Notes: generated by a model not told the origin, from the letters alone. Counted from the first letter of the stretch, positions 1 through 9,207 are shown. The stretch: DNA of 47,887 bases from Candidatus Omnitrophota bacterium (GCA_041654215.1 JBAZDY010000002.1:1-47887); one strand, 5' to 3'. Program-made: numbers and translations.

Positions 1-288
1 CCCGATGCCGCGAATCAGCTCCAAGGCGTAGAAAGAATAAAATATCCCTTCATATCGAGGTATCACCAGGGCGACGACATTGCTGTGCCCGGTCGCAAGA
101 CGCTGTGCGAGCACGGAAGGGTGAAAGTCGAGTTCCTTGACGGCTTTGAGGACTTTCCGACGGTTCTCTTCTTTGACGGTGGGGACCTTATTTATAACGC
201 GGGAGACGGTGGTAATGGATACTCCGCACCGTTTGGCGACATCCTTAATGGAAATAGTCTTTGATGATTTATTGCTGGACCTCACCAT
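1..288 (-). CDS. LacI-family transcriptional regulator, N-terminal part (gene runs off the left window edge)
   Basis: Not in the ORF track because it is truncated. The reverse complement from the ATG at 286-288 reads MVRSSNKSSKTISIKDVAKRCGVSITTVSRVINKVPTVKEENRRKVLKAVKELDFHPSVLAQRLATGHSNVVALVIP... This is the canonical LacI/GalR HTH followed by the start of the sugar-binding domain. Confidence 0.85.
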   Translation of the reverse strand, partial: MVRSSNKSSKTISIKDVAKRCGVSITTVSRVINKVPTVKEENRRKVLKAVKELDFHPSVLAQRLATGHSNVVALVIPRYEGIFYSFYALELIRGIG

Positions 289-310
289 AACAATAAACGG
301 ATAAAGCTTC

Positions 311-1117
311 TTATTGGGCTATCTGATCGCCGATCTTCAGAGGGATGGCCTGACTGACGATGTCGCAGGCAGCCACAGAATTTCTGGTCTGTATGACTTT
401 CAGGGTAGCGATGCTGTTGCGCCCCCTGCGCACGGAAAAAGAATCGCCGACTCTTATCCCGGAATTGGCACCGAGGTTTATGACCGCGAAATTATTCTCT
501 TTATTGACGGACACCACTTTCCCGATGCGGGGAGCCGTCTCTTCAAGATACTTCTGCGATTGGGGAGAGACGGAAATAGGAGGCAGTTCCACGGCATTTC
601 CGTCCGTGGAAGGGGCCGGGGGAACGGTCGCGCTCAATCTGGCGAAATGCAGCTGTTTCTTCAGTTTTTCTATCTTCGATAGGCTGTCCTTAAGCACTAT
701 CTCCAGCTCTGAATTCTTATTCTTCAAGCGGCCGTTCTCATTCTGCGACTCGCCGAGCCGTCCCTCGAAATACGCGCGCATCTTTACTTCCCGCTCCAGA
801 CTCTCGTTAGCCTGCTGAAGCTGCTGGGTAAGACTGTCCCTGGCCTCCATCAGCATCTTGCACTGCTGGCTCAGCTCGTCTTTTTCGCGGGTAAGCTGAT
901 CGTTGGCGGCGCCGAGCTCCTGGACGCGATCCTGCAGCTTCTTCCTCTCGGCGATACCCTCCTCTATTTTCTTGTTCAAGGCGGCAATTTCCTGCTTGAG
1001 AGAATCCCTTTCCATCTCAAGCGACCTTTTTATACCGAGAAGCCTGAGATTAACGAAAAAGCTGGCCGCCAGGATTACGGTAACCGCTATCAACACTATC
1101 TTGAGTTTACCTTCCAA
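311..1117 (-). CDS. Membrane-anchored coiled-coil protein with a small C-terminal beta-barrel-like domain; function unknown
   Basis: 268-aa ORF. It has an N-terminal TM helix (IVLIAVTVILAASFFV) and about 150 aa of heptad-like E/K/Q/L-rich sequence. The C-terminus GKVVSVNKENNFAVINLGANSGIRVGDSFSV resembles MreC-like small barrels. It is tightly packed between the ROK and LacI genes. Confidence 0.65.
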   Translation of the reverse strand: MEGKLKIVLIAVTVILAASFFVNLRLLGIKRSLEMERDSLKQEIAALNKKIEEGIAERKKLQDRVQELGAANDQLTREKDELSQQCKMLMEARDSLTQQLQQANESLEREVKMRAYFEGRLGESQNENGRLKNKNSELEIVLKDSLSKIEKLKKQLHFARLSATVPPAPSTDGNAVELPPISVSPQSQKYLEETAPRIGKVVSVNKENNFAVINLGANSGIRVGDSFSVRRGRNSIATLKVIQTRNSVAACDIVSQAIPLKIGDQIAQ

Positions 1118-1125
1118 CCCGCCTC

Positions 1126-2361
1126 CTATAGTATTCTCGCGAATACTTTCTGCATTACGAGACTCGCCGCGCCGGAGGCCACGGAGTTCTCCCGCAGTTG
1201 GGAATAAACGATTTTCAGGTTATCGCTCACTTGCCGGAACGCCCATTGTTTCACCGTCTGGGTTACCTCATTCAGAAAATCCTCCCCGGCTTCTTCCATA
1301 CCGCCGCCTATGATGACCACCTGGGGATTCAGCAGATTAACCAGAGATGCGATCTTTATACCGAGTTTGACCGCAGCGGCGTCCAGCGCTTTGCGCGCAG
1401 ATTTATCGCCGGCTTTTGCGGCGGCAAAAATATTCTTCAGGCCGATGTCTTCGAGCCCGCAGCCGGCGGCTTTCAAGAAGTCCGCTTCCGCCTTCTTGTC
1501 GGCCTTAAGCAGCTTATTTAGTTCAGACGTAATACCCAGATCCATTTCCCAGCGTTTGAGAAAACACGGATCTCCGGCGTCGCAATTAAAAACGGAATCC
1601 TTGGAATAATTATATATGGAGACTTCTCCGGCGTATCCGTTGGACCCGGTATATATCTCGCCGTTTATGACGATGCCGCATCCGACTCCGGAAAACATAT
1701 AGATGATGTTCCTGTAACCTCGCCCAAGGTTCAGCCAGTTCTCCCCGAAACAGGCGGCGGTGGCGTCGTTCTCTATCAGTACCGGCAGGTCGAATTCCTT
1801 CTCGATTATTTCCCGCAGCGGCAGGTCCACGGAAACGTAGGCATAGGAATGGTCCACCCTCTGCGGCCAGTGTATGCTGCCGTCTTTTTTGTTCACCAGC
1901 CCCGCGATGCCGACGCCTATGCCCTTAATCGCCGGGACATACGACTTGGAACGTCTCAATATCTCGCGGATTATCTCCAGCACCGCCTCAGTAACGTCTT
2001 TCACCGATGAGCGCGGGCTGGCTATTTGCGTCTTGGTAACGATGTTGCCCTTCATATCCACCAGCAGTCCGACCATGTTCAATAAATTGAGTCCGACGCC
2101 GATGATATACCCGGATTGCGAATTAAGCTCCAGCAAAGCCGGCCTGCGGCCGCCTTCTGAGATATCAAGCTCTTTCTCGTAAACCAGACCGCGTTTTATA
2201 TAATCGTCTATATAATTGGAAATCGTAACGACGTTGATCCCCATCTCTTTGGAGATGTCCGGACGACTGATGGGGCCGCGCCTTCTCAAGATCTCGAGGA
2301 TCTCAATATTGCGCTTTTCCTTTTCAGAGTAATCTTCCCTGTGCAAGTCGACAGAAAGCAT
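1126..2361 (-). CDS. ROK-family transcriptional regulator (wHTH plus ROK sugar-kinase-like domain)
   Basis: 411 aa. The N-terminal winged HTH is ILEILRRRGPISRPDISKEMGINVVTISNYIDDYIKRGLV. It is followed by a ROK/ASKHA fold with glycine-rich motifs (GVGIAGLV, GVGCGIVINGEIYTGSNGYAGE). Confidence 0.85.
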   Translation of the reverse strand: MLSVDLHREDYSEKEKRNIEILEILRRRGPISRPDISKEMGINVVTISNYIDDYIKRGLVYEKELDISEGGRRPALLELNSQSGYIIGVGLNLLNMVGLLVDMKGNIVTKTQIASPRSSVKDVTEAVLEIIREILRRSKSYVPAIKGIGVGIAGLVNKKDGSIHWPQRVDHSYAYVSVDLPLREIIEKEFDLPVLIENDATAACFGENWLNLGRGYRNIIYMFSGVGCGIVINGEIYTGSNGYAGEVSIYNYSKDSVFNCDAGDPCFLKRWEMDLGITSELNKLLKADKKAEADFLKAAGCGLEDIGLKNIFAAAKAGDKSARKALDAAAVKLGIKIASLVNLLNPQVVIIGGGMEEAGEDFLNEVTQTVKQWAFRQVSDNLKIVYSQLRENSVASGAASLVMQKVFARIL

Positions 2362-2417
2362 TGCAGGCAGCCTTTCCAGGTTGTCAGAACCCTTTCCGAA
2401 AGGTATTTTTATTTAAT

Positions 2418-2446
2418 TTTATACTACCAAATACGATACAAGTCAA
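2418..2446 (-). promoter_or_regulatory. Sigma70-type promoter for the ROK/coiled-coil/LacI unit
   Basis: Minus strand reads TTGACT (2446-2441), a 17-nt spacer, then TATAAA (2423-2418). It lies in an AT-rich 172-nt gap, about 57 nt upstream of the ROK ATG. Confidence 0.45.
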
Positions 2447-2533
2447 GTTAAAAAAAGTTTATTGTCGCGATGGCCGGAATACATCTCTTTGCGTTGACAC
2501 CGGTTACGCGCAAGAGGCGCCGGAGGGGTGCGC

Positions 2534-4180
2534 TTAACGCACGTCAATGATCACGAAAGAACGGTCTATGGTCCCGGAAGGATGCAGGGCGACGGTGCTG
2601 ACGACGCGGCTGCCCGGTTCCCGGTAAACGGCGGAGAAACCGGCATTGTCGGCGGATAACTCGGAGTCTTTTCCGGTCTGTCCTGACCAAAGGAAGGAAA
2701 GTTTTACCGGCATACAGCCGCTTTCGGCGGTATGCGCCGATGCCGCGACGGAAATACTTTCTCCGGGAGCCAGCCGGACAGGAGAAACCTTCAATTCCAG
2801 TCTGGACATATTATACACGGCATTCTCCGGACGGAAGGAAAGCTCAAGAAAAGTCCTCAGATTGTATTCTATCGGTTTATTGCCGGCCAGTTCCGCCATT
2901 CTGTCTCTGGAGAGATCGACTTCTTCCTCGTAATGTTTACCGGCAAGCCCGATCAGCGCGTTATAATATTCGGCGGCGCGCGACGAATCGCCTTCCCACT
3001 GCAGCAACAGGGCCAGATGGTAAATGGAGGACACAACATAAGGGTTTTGCCTGCCGGAATCCGCGAGCTTCTGCAGATACCGCTTCCCGCCCTCGGTATC
3101 TCTGAGAGCGTATATCCTTATCGCGCCTGCCTTGAACACCGCCTCATCGGCGTATTTGCCCGCGGGGAACTTCTCGGCCAGCCCGGCGTAACGTTCCGCG
3201 GACGCTTCGAACGAACGGCTCTTCTCAAGATTCCACGCCCTGGTATAAAGTTGGTCTTCCGCGAAACCGTCCTTGCCGGCAAGCGATTCGGCCATGGCAA
3301 AGAGCTTCTCGGCATATTCCGGGTCGCAGAAGCCGCTGTCTTTGTAGACAAACTTTCCGGCGATGTCGAGAAGTAAAGCTGTCTTCTCTTCTTTGGAATA
3401 CGCGGGGCTTGGCAGCAACCCTTCCGAGTAAGCGTCATAAGCCGGTTCCGACAACAGTGAATTCCCCTCTTTCATGAATTGCTCGGCGAGAGCGCGGATC
3501 TCTTCCAGCCCGGCGCCGCCGGAAGCCTTTCTTTCGATGTAAAGCTTGTAGAGCCCCCCGGCCTTCATCTTTTCTCCGGCGGCTGCCAGCCCGTCCGCCG
3601 CGTCCTTCACCGCCCCGGGGTCGGCGCCTTCCGACGAAGCGTATTCCCGCACGGCAGACAATAGTTCCTGAAGCACCGCTGCGGCCGCCTCATCTTGGTC
3701 CTCGCGCAAGGACTGCCATAATAAAAGTCTTGAATATATCGGCAGGGCCCCTCTCCCGGCAGCCGATTTCACCGCCTTTTGTGCGTATTCCACGGCCTCA
3801 CGCCGGTAAGTATCTCCGCTGGAGAAATAATCGTCCCATTTCTTATCCGCCTGGAGAGCTGCCAGCTGGTCGTATCTGGCAGTGCCGGCATAATAATAAG
3901 TCCATCCGGCCAGTTCTTTTTTCTTCGCCGCGATTGTCTTCAGGGCGGAAACAAACTCACCGTATCTGCCGGAGGAATAATAACATTCTTTCAGTTCCTG
4001 CAACGCTTCCGGTAAGGCTTCCGGGGAGGAAGCGTTATCGTTCTTGCCGGAAGAAAGAACATTCTTAAGGTCCGCTGCGCAGATATCCTGCTCCGCCGGA
4101 CAAGCCTGCCTGAAAGGAATAAACGCGGCGAGCAGGAGTATTACCGGAAAAATCGTCTTATATATTCGTGTTTTTTTCAT
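2534..4180 (-). CDS. Secreted helical-repeat (TPR-like) protein with C-terminal beta-sandwich; unknown function
   Basis: 548 aa. Signal peptide MKKTRIYKTIFPVILLLAAFIPF. A long alpha-helical A/E/K/Y-rich region has TPR-like periodicity, and the last ~100 aa are beta-rich (LELKVSPVRLAPGESISVAASAH...). The start overlaps the upstream GH stop by 1 nt (TAATG). Confidence 0.7.
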   Translation of the reverse strand: MKKTRIYKTIFPVILLLAAFIPFRQACPAEQDICAADLKNVLSSGKNDNASSPEALPEALQELKECYYSSGRYGEFVSALKTIAAKKKELAGWTYYYAGTARYDQLAALQADKKWDDYFSSGDTYRREAVEYAQKAVKSAAGRGALPIYSRLLLWQSLREDQDEAAAAVLQELLSAVREYASSEGADPGAVKDAADGLAAAGEKMKAGGLYKLYIERKASGGAGLEEIRALAEQFMKEGNSLLSEPAYDAYSEGLLPSPAYSKEEKTALLLDIAGKFVYKDSGFCDPEYAEKLFAMAESLAGKDGFAEDQLYTRAWNLEKSRSFEASAERYAGLAEKFPAGKYADEAVFKAGAIRIYALRDTEGGKRYLQKLADSGRQNPYVVSSIYHLALLLQWEGDSSRAAEYYNALIGLAGKHYEEEVDLSRDRMAELAGNKPIEYNLRTFLELSFRPENAVYNMSRLELKVSPVRLAPGESISVAASAHTAESGCMPVKLSFLWSGQTGKDSELSADNAGFSAVYREPGSRVVSTVALHPSGTIDRSFVIIDVR

Positions 4181-5580
4181 TATTTCTTACCGTCCTCCAA
4201 CGGACATTGTTTGATCAGATCCTTGATCGGCATTCCTTTCAGACCGCTTCCTGCGGTATTCTTTTCCACCGGTTCCTTCTGTATCTCCCTGTTGTTCCGC
4301 GGCCTTTTCCAGAATTCCCTCACCACATAATAAGCCTTGCGCGGGATGCGCAAGTCCAATCCCGATCCTTCTTCGTCCGGAGAAAGCGCTACGATCCCGA
4401 ACCACTCCTCGTTCATGTTCAGGCTGTCTTTGGCCTTTATGTCGAAATAATAACTCCCATTCGACCAGCGCGGCTGAGTGTCGTGCACCGTCCAGGTGGC
4501 CGGAGAATTCGGGTTGTTCTTCCACCACTCATCTGTCCACTCGAACATTACCCCGCCGAGACAGTTGCCTGTGCCCTCGCGCCTGCCGGCAAGATTCTGG
4601 TATATCTGCCTCCACTGCGATTCAAGGAAAAACGCCTGCATATCCTGATCTTCCCTGTTGCGGTAGGAATCGTAACTATCGGCGCCGAATTCGGTCAGCA
4701 CCACCGGTTTATCGAAAGTCGCCTTAAGAGAATTAAACAGGTTCCCGAAAGTCTTTCCTCTATAGATTATGCACCCCAGCAGGTCGACGTCGGGGCAATA
4801 ATTAGCCGCGCACTCCAACCCGACAAGTTCGCCGTTGCCGAGCGCCACCGGGTGGCCCGGGTCTATCTTGTGTATCTCCTGCGCCAGTTCGTTAACGAAC
4901 GTGTAATATATCCTGGCGCGCATGGCCCTTTGTTTTACCGGGTCCGGCTCTTTATCTATCTCGTCGGTGCTCCAGGGATTTATCTGCCCGGAGAAAGAAT
5001 AATTATTCTCGTTGCCCAGCAGCCAGAAAAGTATACCCGGTTCGTCTTTATACGTGCGCACCATATCGAGCACTTTTTCTTTGACCTTGTCGCGAAAATC
5101 CTGGTCTCCGTAGAAAGGACCCGGATACTCCCAGAACCCGAGCCAGTTACCCATGATTACCCGTATATTGTAAAGCTTGTAAAGATCGTTCATGACCGCC
5201 TTCACCTCGGCGGCGTCGTCTGCCGGCTCGTATAAACGAATGGTATTCACTCCCATCTCTTTCATCATCCTGCCGTCTGTAAGCCAGGGTTTATGTGTAT
5301 CCTGCCACCACGCGTAATCCGATCCCTGCCCGATGGGAACCGGATTGTAACAGACCCCTTTAACCACGTAAGGCTTTCCGCAGACCAATAGCTGGTAATC
5401 GCCGTTCTTGAGAGTGCATATGGCTACTTTGACGGACGGCTTGGCGGACATACCGCAAAGCAGAAAAAGACAGGCCAGAAGAATACCGCAGGCCGCGGGG
5501 AACGACGCCCCGCGGCCCGCGATACCGGTTTTGTTACCGCCGGCAGTGCCGGCGGCGGTGTTATTCGTATTTGATTTCAT
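4180..5580 (-). CDS. Secreted clan GH-A-like (TIM-barrel) glycoside hydrolase, family unassigned
   Basis: 466 aa with a signal-like N-terminus. Motifs: MGVNTIRLYEP (beta-1), LLGNENNY (candidate acid/base NE), VLTEFGADSY (candidate nucleophile E), GGVMFEWTDEWWK and EEWFGIV. It is a paralogue of the C-terminal half of 6920-9205. Its ATG lies 20 nt inside the upstream gene and has no obvious SD. Confidence 0.7.
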   Translation of the reverse strand: MKSNTNNTAAGTAGGNKTGIAGRGASFPAACGILLACLFLLCGMSAKPSVKVAICTLKNGDYQLLVCGKPYVVKGVCYNPVPIGQGSDYAWWQDTHKPWLTDGRMMKEMGVNTIRLYEPADDAAEVKAVMNDLYKLYNIRVIMGNWLGFWEYPGPFYGDQDFRDKVKEKVLDMVRTYKDEPGILFWLLGNENNYSFSGQINPWSTDEIDKEPDPVKQRAMRARIYYTFVNELAQEIHKIDPGHPVALGNGELVGLECAANYCPDVDLLGCIIYRGKTFGNLFNSLKATFDKPVVLTEFGADSYDSYRNREDQDMQAFFLESQWRQIYQNLAGRREGTGNCLGGVMFEWTDEWWKNNPNSPATWTVHDTQPRWSNGSYYFDIKAKDSLNMNEEWFGIVALSPDEEGSGLDLRIPRKAYYVVREFWKRPRNNREIQKEPVEKNTAGSGLKGMPIKDLIKQCPLEDGKK

Positions 5581-6712
5581 CCAGGTAGAAGATTACGCCG
5601 TCTGGATTAACGTCGGCGTTGGTCGCCCAGCAAAAACCTCCTATGATGAAAGAAAGGTCCTTGCCTTTCAGATCGATCGAATACTGCTGCCAGTCCTTGG
5701 TAAGAACGACAGGGCCTATACCTGCGGTGTCCGAGTCGGAAAACTCTCCCATTATGCCGCCGATCTTGAACTCCTCTATGCGCTCGCCGCCTTTTGCGCC
5801 GCGCGCCCAGAAGGTGAACTTGGTCGCCTTGGAAAGATCAAACCCGGCGTCTATGCTGCCCCAGTTGTTGGCCGGATTCTGCCAGTATATGCCTCCCCAG
5901 CGCGCGCCCTGCGCGCCTTTGGCGGTATAGACCACCTTGATACAGGTATCGCCGAGATAAGGATCCTCGGTGGAAGAGCCCTCATATTTTATGTCGCCGT
6001 AGTCTCCCATCCAGCCGGAAGCCACGAAATGGTTGCTTACCGAGCTTTTGTCGGAGTAGACATAAAAAGGCATATCCTGCTGCTTCTTTCCCTCCGGTTT
6101 CATGTCCTGATCTACGGAGAACTTTATGTCGTCGATGTAAAAAACGCATCCGTCGGGATTCAGGTCGGCGGTCGTCACCCAGCCGAAGCCGCCGCTTATA
6201 TAAGATAGATCGCGGCCTGCGAGGTTGATCGTGTATTCCTTCCAGGTATCGGTCAATTCCACCGGCCCGAACTCGGCCGCCGCGGAATCGGAATAATCGC
6301 CTTTTATCCCTCCCACTACGAACTTCTGGATGATCTCGCCGCCTTTGGCGCCGCGCGCCCAAAAAGCCAGCTTGGTCATACCGGTAAGATCGAATCCTCC
6401 CTTTTTGCTTCCCCAGTTATTGGCGGGATTCTGCCAATAAACGCCGGCCCATCCCTGGCCCTGCGATTTCTTGGCGGAATAAGAGAACTCTATACTGGTG
6501 GACCCTGAATGAGGGTTCTCCAAAGCCTGATCGTTCATCTTGATATCGCCGAAATCCCCCATCCAGCCGGAAGCCGCGTAATGATTGTCGGGAGATTTGC
6601 TGTCGGTGTAAACGCTGAACGACTTTAGGTTATCCGCCTGCGCGCGTTCAAGAGTAGTCGTGAATGCCGAAGCGAATACGGCAATTAAAGTAACCATTAG
6701 TAATTTTCTCAT
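5561..6712 (-). CDS. Secreted protein made of two tandem CBM-like beta-sandwich repeats
   Basis: 383 aa. Signal peptide MRKLLMVTLIAVFASAFTTTLERAQA. Two ~175-aa repeats share ASGWMGD.GDIK, G.YWQNPANNWGS, F.FWARGAKGGE, I.GGFGW/CWA and NPDG..FY.D(D/E)IK. SD AAGGAGGGG lies 7 nt upstream of the ATG. Confidence 0.7.
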   Translation of the reverse strand: MRKLLMVTLIAVFASAFTTTLERAQADNLKSFSVYTDSKSPDNHYAASGWMGDFGDIKMNDQALENPHSGSTSIEFSYSAKKSQGQGWAGVYWQNPANNWGSKKGGFDLTGMTKLAFWARGAKGGEIIQKFVVGGIKGDYSDSAAAEFGPVELTDTWKEYTINLAGRDLSYISGGFGWVTTADLNPDGCVFYIDDIKFSVDQDMKPEGKKQQDMPFYVYSDKSSVSNHFVASGWMGDYGDIKYEGSSTEDPYLGDTCIKVVYTAKGAQGARWGGIYWQNPANNWGSIDAGFDLSKATKFTFWARGAKGGERIEEFKIGGIMGEFSDSDTAGIGPVVLTKDWQQYSIDLKGKDLSFIIGGFCWATNADVNPDGVIFYLDEIKYE

Positions 6713-6919
6713 CTGAAAACCCCTCCTTGATAGAGCGCGGCCGATTATTATGCCGCGTTCCTTCCCTCTCCGCTGCCGCGGACATCAAGACCGAACGGCA
6801 GCGTGAAGGTGAACATTTCCTTAAAAACATATCTTTACCTGATTCGATTCAACTACGCTTGTTGCCCGTATTCCTCCTTTCTACCTCCCAACAATATGAA
6901 ATAGCGAACGTGCGACCGT

Positions 6920-9205
6920 TCACTTGTTCCATTTCTTTTTATACATGAAATAAGCCGGCCTTAATTCCCGCAGGAACGGGCTGTTCTTGCCGTCGCCCTG
7001 CCCGCAGATACCAAGCCACTCTTCGTGCATGAATCCGTCCGGGAAAGGCCCGGTGAACAAACCTTTGGTGTCGTGCATGGAGGGTTCATAGGCCTTCCAC
7101 CACTCGTCCAGCCATTCGAAGATCACCCCGCCTATGGCGTTGCCCTCTCCTTCATGAAAAGCCATATTCTCCTCTATATCCTCCCAGGTCCCGCGATGGT
7201 ATTCGGCCTGCGCCTTTTCCGCTTCCTCCACGCTAAAACCCAGGGAAAAAGCCGGACATCCGTATTCCGTGATGAACGCCGGTTTGCCAGTTTCTTCCTT
7301 CACCTGGCGCCAGAGAAACCCAAAACCGTAATCTCCGCGGTAAGCGTTGGTGCCGAAAATATCCACGTCCGGCGCGTTCTTGCCGTACTTATCCAGGAAG
7401 AGCACGTCTCCGCTGCATATGGCCACCGGATGTTCCGGATCGATTTCTTTGATCCTCCCAGCCACTTCGTTGGCGAACTTAAAGAAAGCCTCCGGCTCCT
7501 TGTCGGCATTGCAGGCGAATCCGTAAACATTCTCGTTGCCAAGCAGCCAGAACAGGACGTAAGGCTCGTCCTTGAATTCCTTAACCATGCCGAGCACGGA
7601 TTCCATCATTTTCTTCTTATGCTCTTCGTCGTTATAATCCGTTCCCGGGTACCAAGACGCGCCGGAACCTATGGCGTATTTACCGAGAAAATCCCCCACT
7701 ATCACCCTTATTCCATAGTCCTTGTACATCGCGCGCATCAGTTCCTTATTGATTTTCTTGGGATGATGATAAAGCCTGATCGTGTTTATGCCCATATCCT
7801 TCATCAGCTTGAAGTCTCCTACCGCCGGCTCATTTGCGTCCCGGATGTTGTTCCTGTTCTTGTCCACGAAAGCATCGTAAGGGCCGTCTATCTTGCCGTT
7901 GGCATTGAAATCTTCCTCCATCCAGTTCCCGAGAGTCCCCTCATCGGGAGACTGCCCGATCTTGGTGGGGGCGTAAGTAACGGCCCTGATCACGTACGGT
8001 TTGTCTTCGACGATCAACTGCCAGCCGTCGTCGTTGTATTGAACCAGATGCACCTTCCCGCAGCCCAGCCGCTTTTTCACCGCAGGAGTGCTTCCATCGG
8101 ACAGGCGCCCCTTGATCTTGTCCGGAGAAGATGTCTTCACGAATTTTCCCGGGGTCGTAACCGCCATATCGTTGGATACGTCGTTGTCGAAACCGTTCAA
8201 TATCTTTATATCCGCCCCGGCCAGTTTATAACCGAGCGAAGGATTGTTGCGCAATATGTGTTTTATCTTGGCGATGGCGGCCTGCCCCACATACCAGGGC
8301 GTGTGCCAGTAGGTCCAGCCGTAAGTCCCCGGGAAATGCACGACTATCGCGTAATAACACTTCAGCGCGTGCTTATAAAGCCCGGACTTCTCCAGTATCA
8401 ATCCGAGATAGAAAAGTTTAACGCCCTGCGGTTCCGGAGCCGTAGCCCATTTCAGGAAAGCCGCTTCCAGGTCCGGGGAATGCACGTAATCCCAATGCGA
8501 TCCCTCCAGCCTTTTTTCCTTCTGCGCTTTTTTGTAGGCCGGGTCCCAGCGGATGGAAGTGGTATTGGGGTAGATACCCTCGCCCACCGCCGCGCTCAAG
8601 CCCTCCTGATCCTTGACGATGTATTTATACTCGGCGGTGCCGGTCTTGGTGAATTCTCCGTATTTTTCATAATCAACCGTATCCTCTTTCCCCGGATCAT
8701 ACAGTTCTATTACCGTCGGCAGCTGGCTGACCTTCTTCTTTTCCTCTATCTCTATAGAACCGGTCTCTATCTTTTTGACGCTCTGCTCGGAGGCCTGAGC
8801 TATCTTCCAATACCACCCGCGCTGGTCCCAGGCTTGGGCAAAAGGATATTTCTCTATGACGGTCTTGAACAGCTTTTTAGCCTCGTCGTTCTTGCCCTGC
8901 CTCATATAACTCTCCGCCTGGATGAAATAAGCGGTGGCGACGTCGTTCAAGACGGCGACCGCCTGTATCTCGTCCTTATTGGAGGGCATCCCCTTCAGCG
9001 ATTCCTGCTGCCTCAACGCCTCGGCAGAATACAATTCGATGCATCTGCCGGTGTATTTGAACGCGGCTTCCACGTCGCCGCTGCCGTGCGCCTGCCAGGA
9101 CTTGGTGATCAACGTCGAGGAGGATTCGGCCGGATCCCCGGCCCGGGCAGAGCCGCCGGAAAGCAACAAAAACGCCAAACATAAGGAAATAACAGATATC
9201 TTCAT
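6920..9205 (-). CDS. Secreted TPR-repeat protein fused to a clan GH-A-like hydrolase domain
   Basis: The track ORF 6920-9421 is trimmed to Met73 (MKISVISLCLAFLLLSGGSARA, a signal peptide), 2 nt after the upstream permease stop. The N-terminal ~400 aa are TPR/helical. The C-terminal half carries MGINTIRLYHHP, LLGNENVYGF, ITEYGCPAF, GGVIFEWLDEWWK and EEWLGI, matching gene 4180-5580. Confidence 0.75.
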   Translation of the reverse strand: MKISVISLCLAFLLLSGGSARAGDPAESSSTLITKSWQAHGSGDVEAAFKYTGRCIELYSAEALRQQESLKGMPSNKDEIQAVAVLNDVATAYFIQAESYMRQGKNDEAKKLFKTVIEKYPFAQAWDQRGWYWKIAQASEQSVKKIETGSIEIEEKKKVSQLPTVIELYDPGKEDTVDYEKYGEFTKTGTAEYKYIVKDQEGLSAAVGEGIYPNTTSIRWDPAYKKAQKEKRLEGSHWDYVHSPDLEAAFLKWATAPEPQGVKLFYLGLILEKSGLYKHALKCYYAIVVHFPGTYGWTYWHTPWYVGQAAIAKIKHILRNNPSLGYKLAGADIKILNGFDNDVSNDMAVTTPGKFVKTSSPDKIKGRLSDGSTPAVKKRLGCGKVHLVQYNDDGWQLIVEDKPYVIRAVTYAPTKIGQSPDEGTLGNWMEEDFNANGKIDGPYDAFVDKNRNNIRDANEPAVGDFKLMKDMGINTIRLYHHPKKINKELMRAMYKDYGIRVIVGDFLGKYAIGSGASWYPGTDYNDEEHKKKMMESVLGMVKEFKDEPYVLFWLLGNENVYGFACNADKEPEAFFKFANEVAGRIKEIDPEHPVAICSGDVLFLDKYGKNAPDVDIFGTNAYRGDYGFGFLWRQVKEETGKPAFITEYGCPAFSLGFSVEEAEKAQAEYHRGTWEDIEENMAFHEGEGNAIGGVIFEWLDEWWKAYEPSMHDTKGLFTGPFPDGFMHEEWLGICGQGDGKNSPFLRELRPAYFMYKKKWNK

Positions 9206-9207
9206 AT

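Noticed and set aside
7025-9184. A 719-aa plus-strand ORF. Similar long ORFs occur at 4168-5235, 10114-11754, 14046-15200 (minus), 36606-37892, 39182-40135, 39987-41009, 43678-44724 and 45663-46793.
   Set aside because: All lie exactly antisense to genes with strong family motifs. They are rich in R/P/G/H/L, as expected for shadow frames of moderately GC-rich coding DNA. They have no SD or recognisable domains and would overlap real genes completely.
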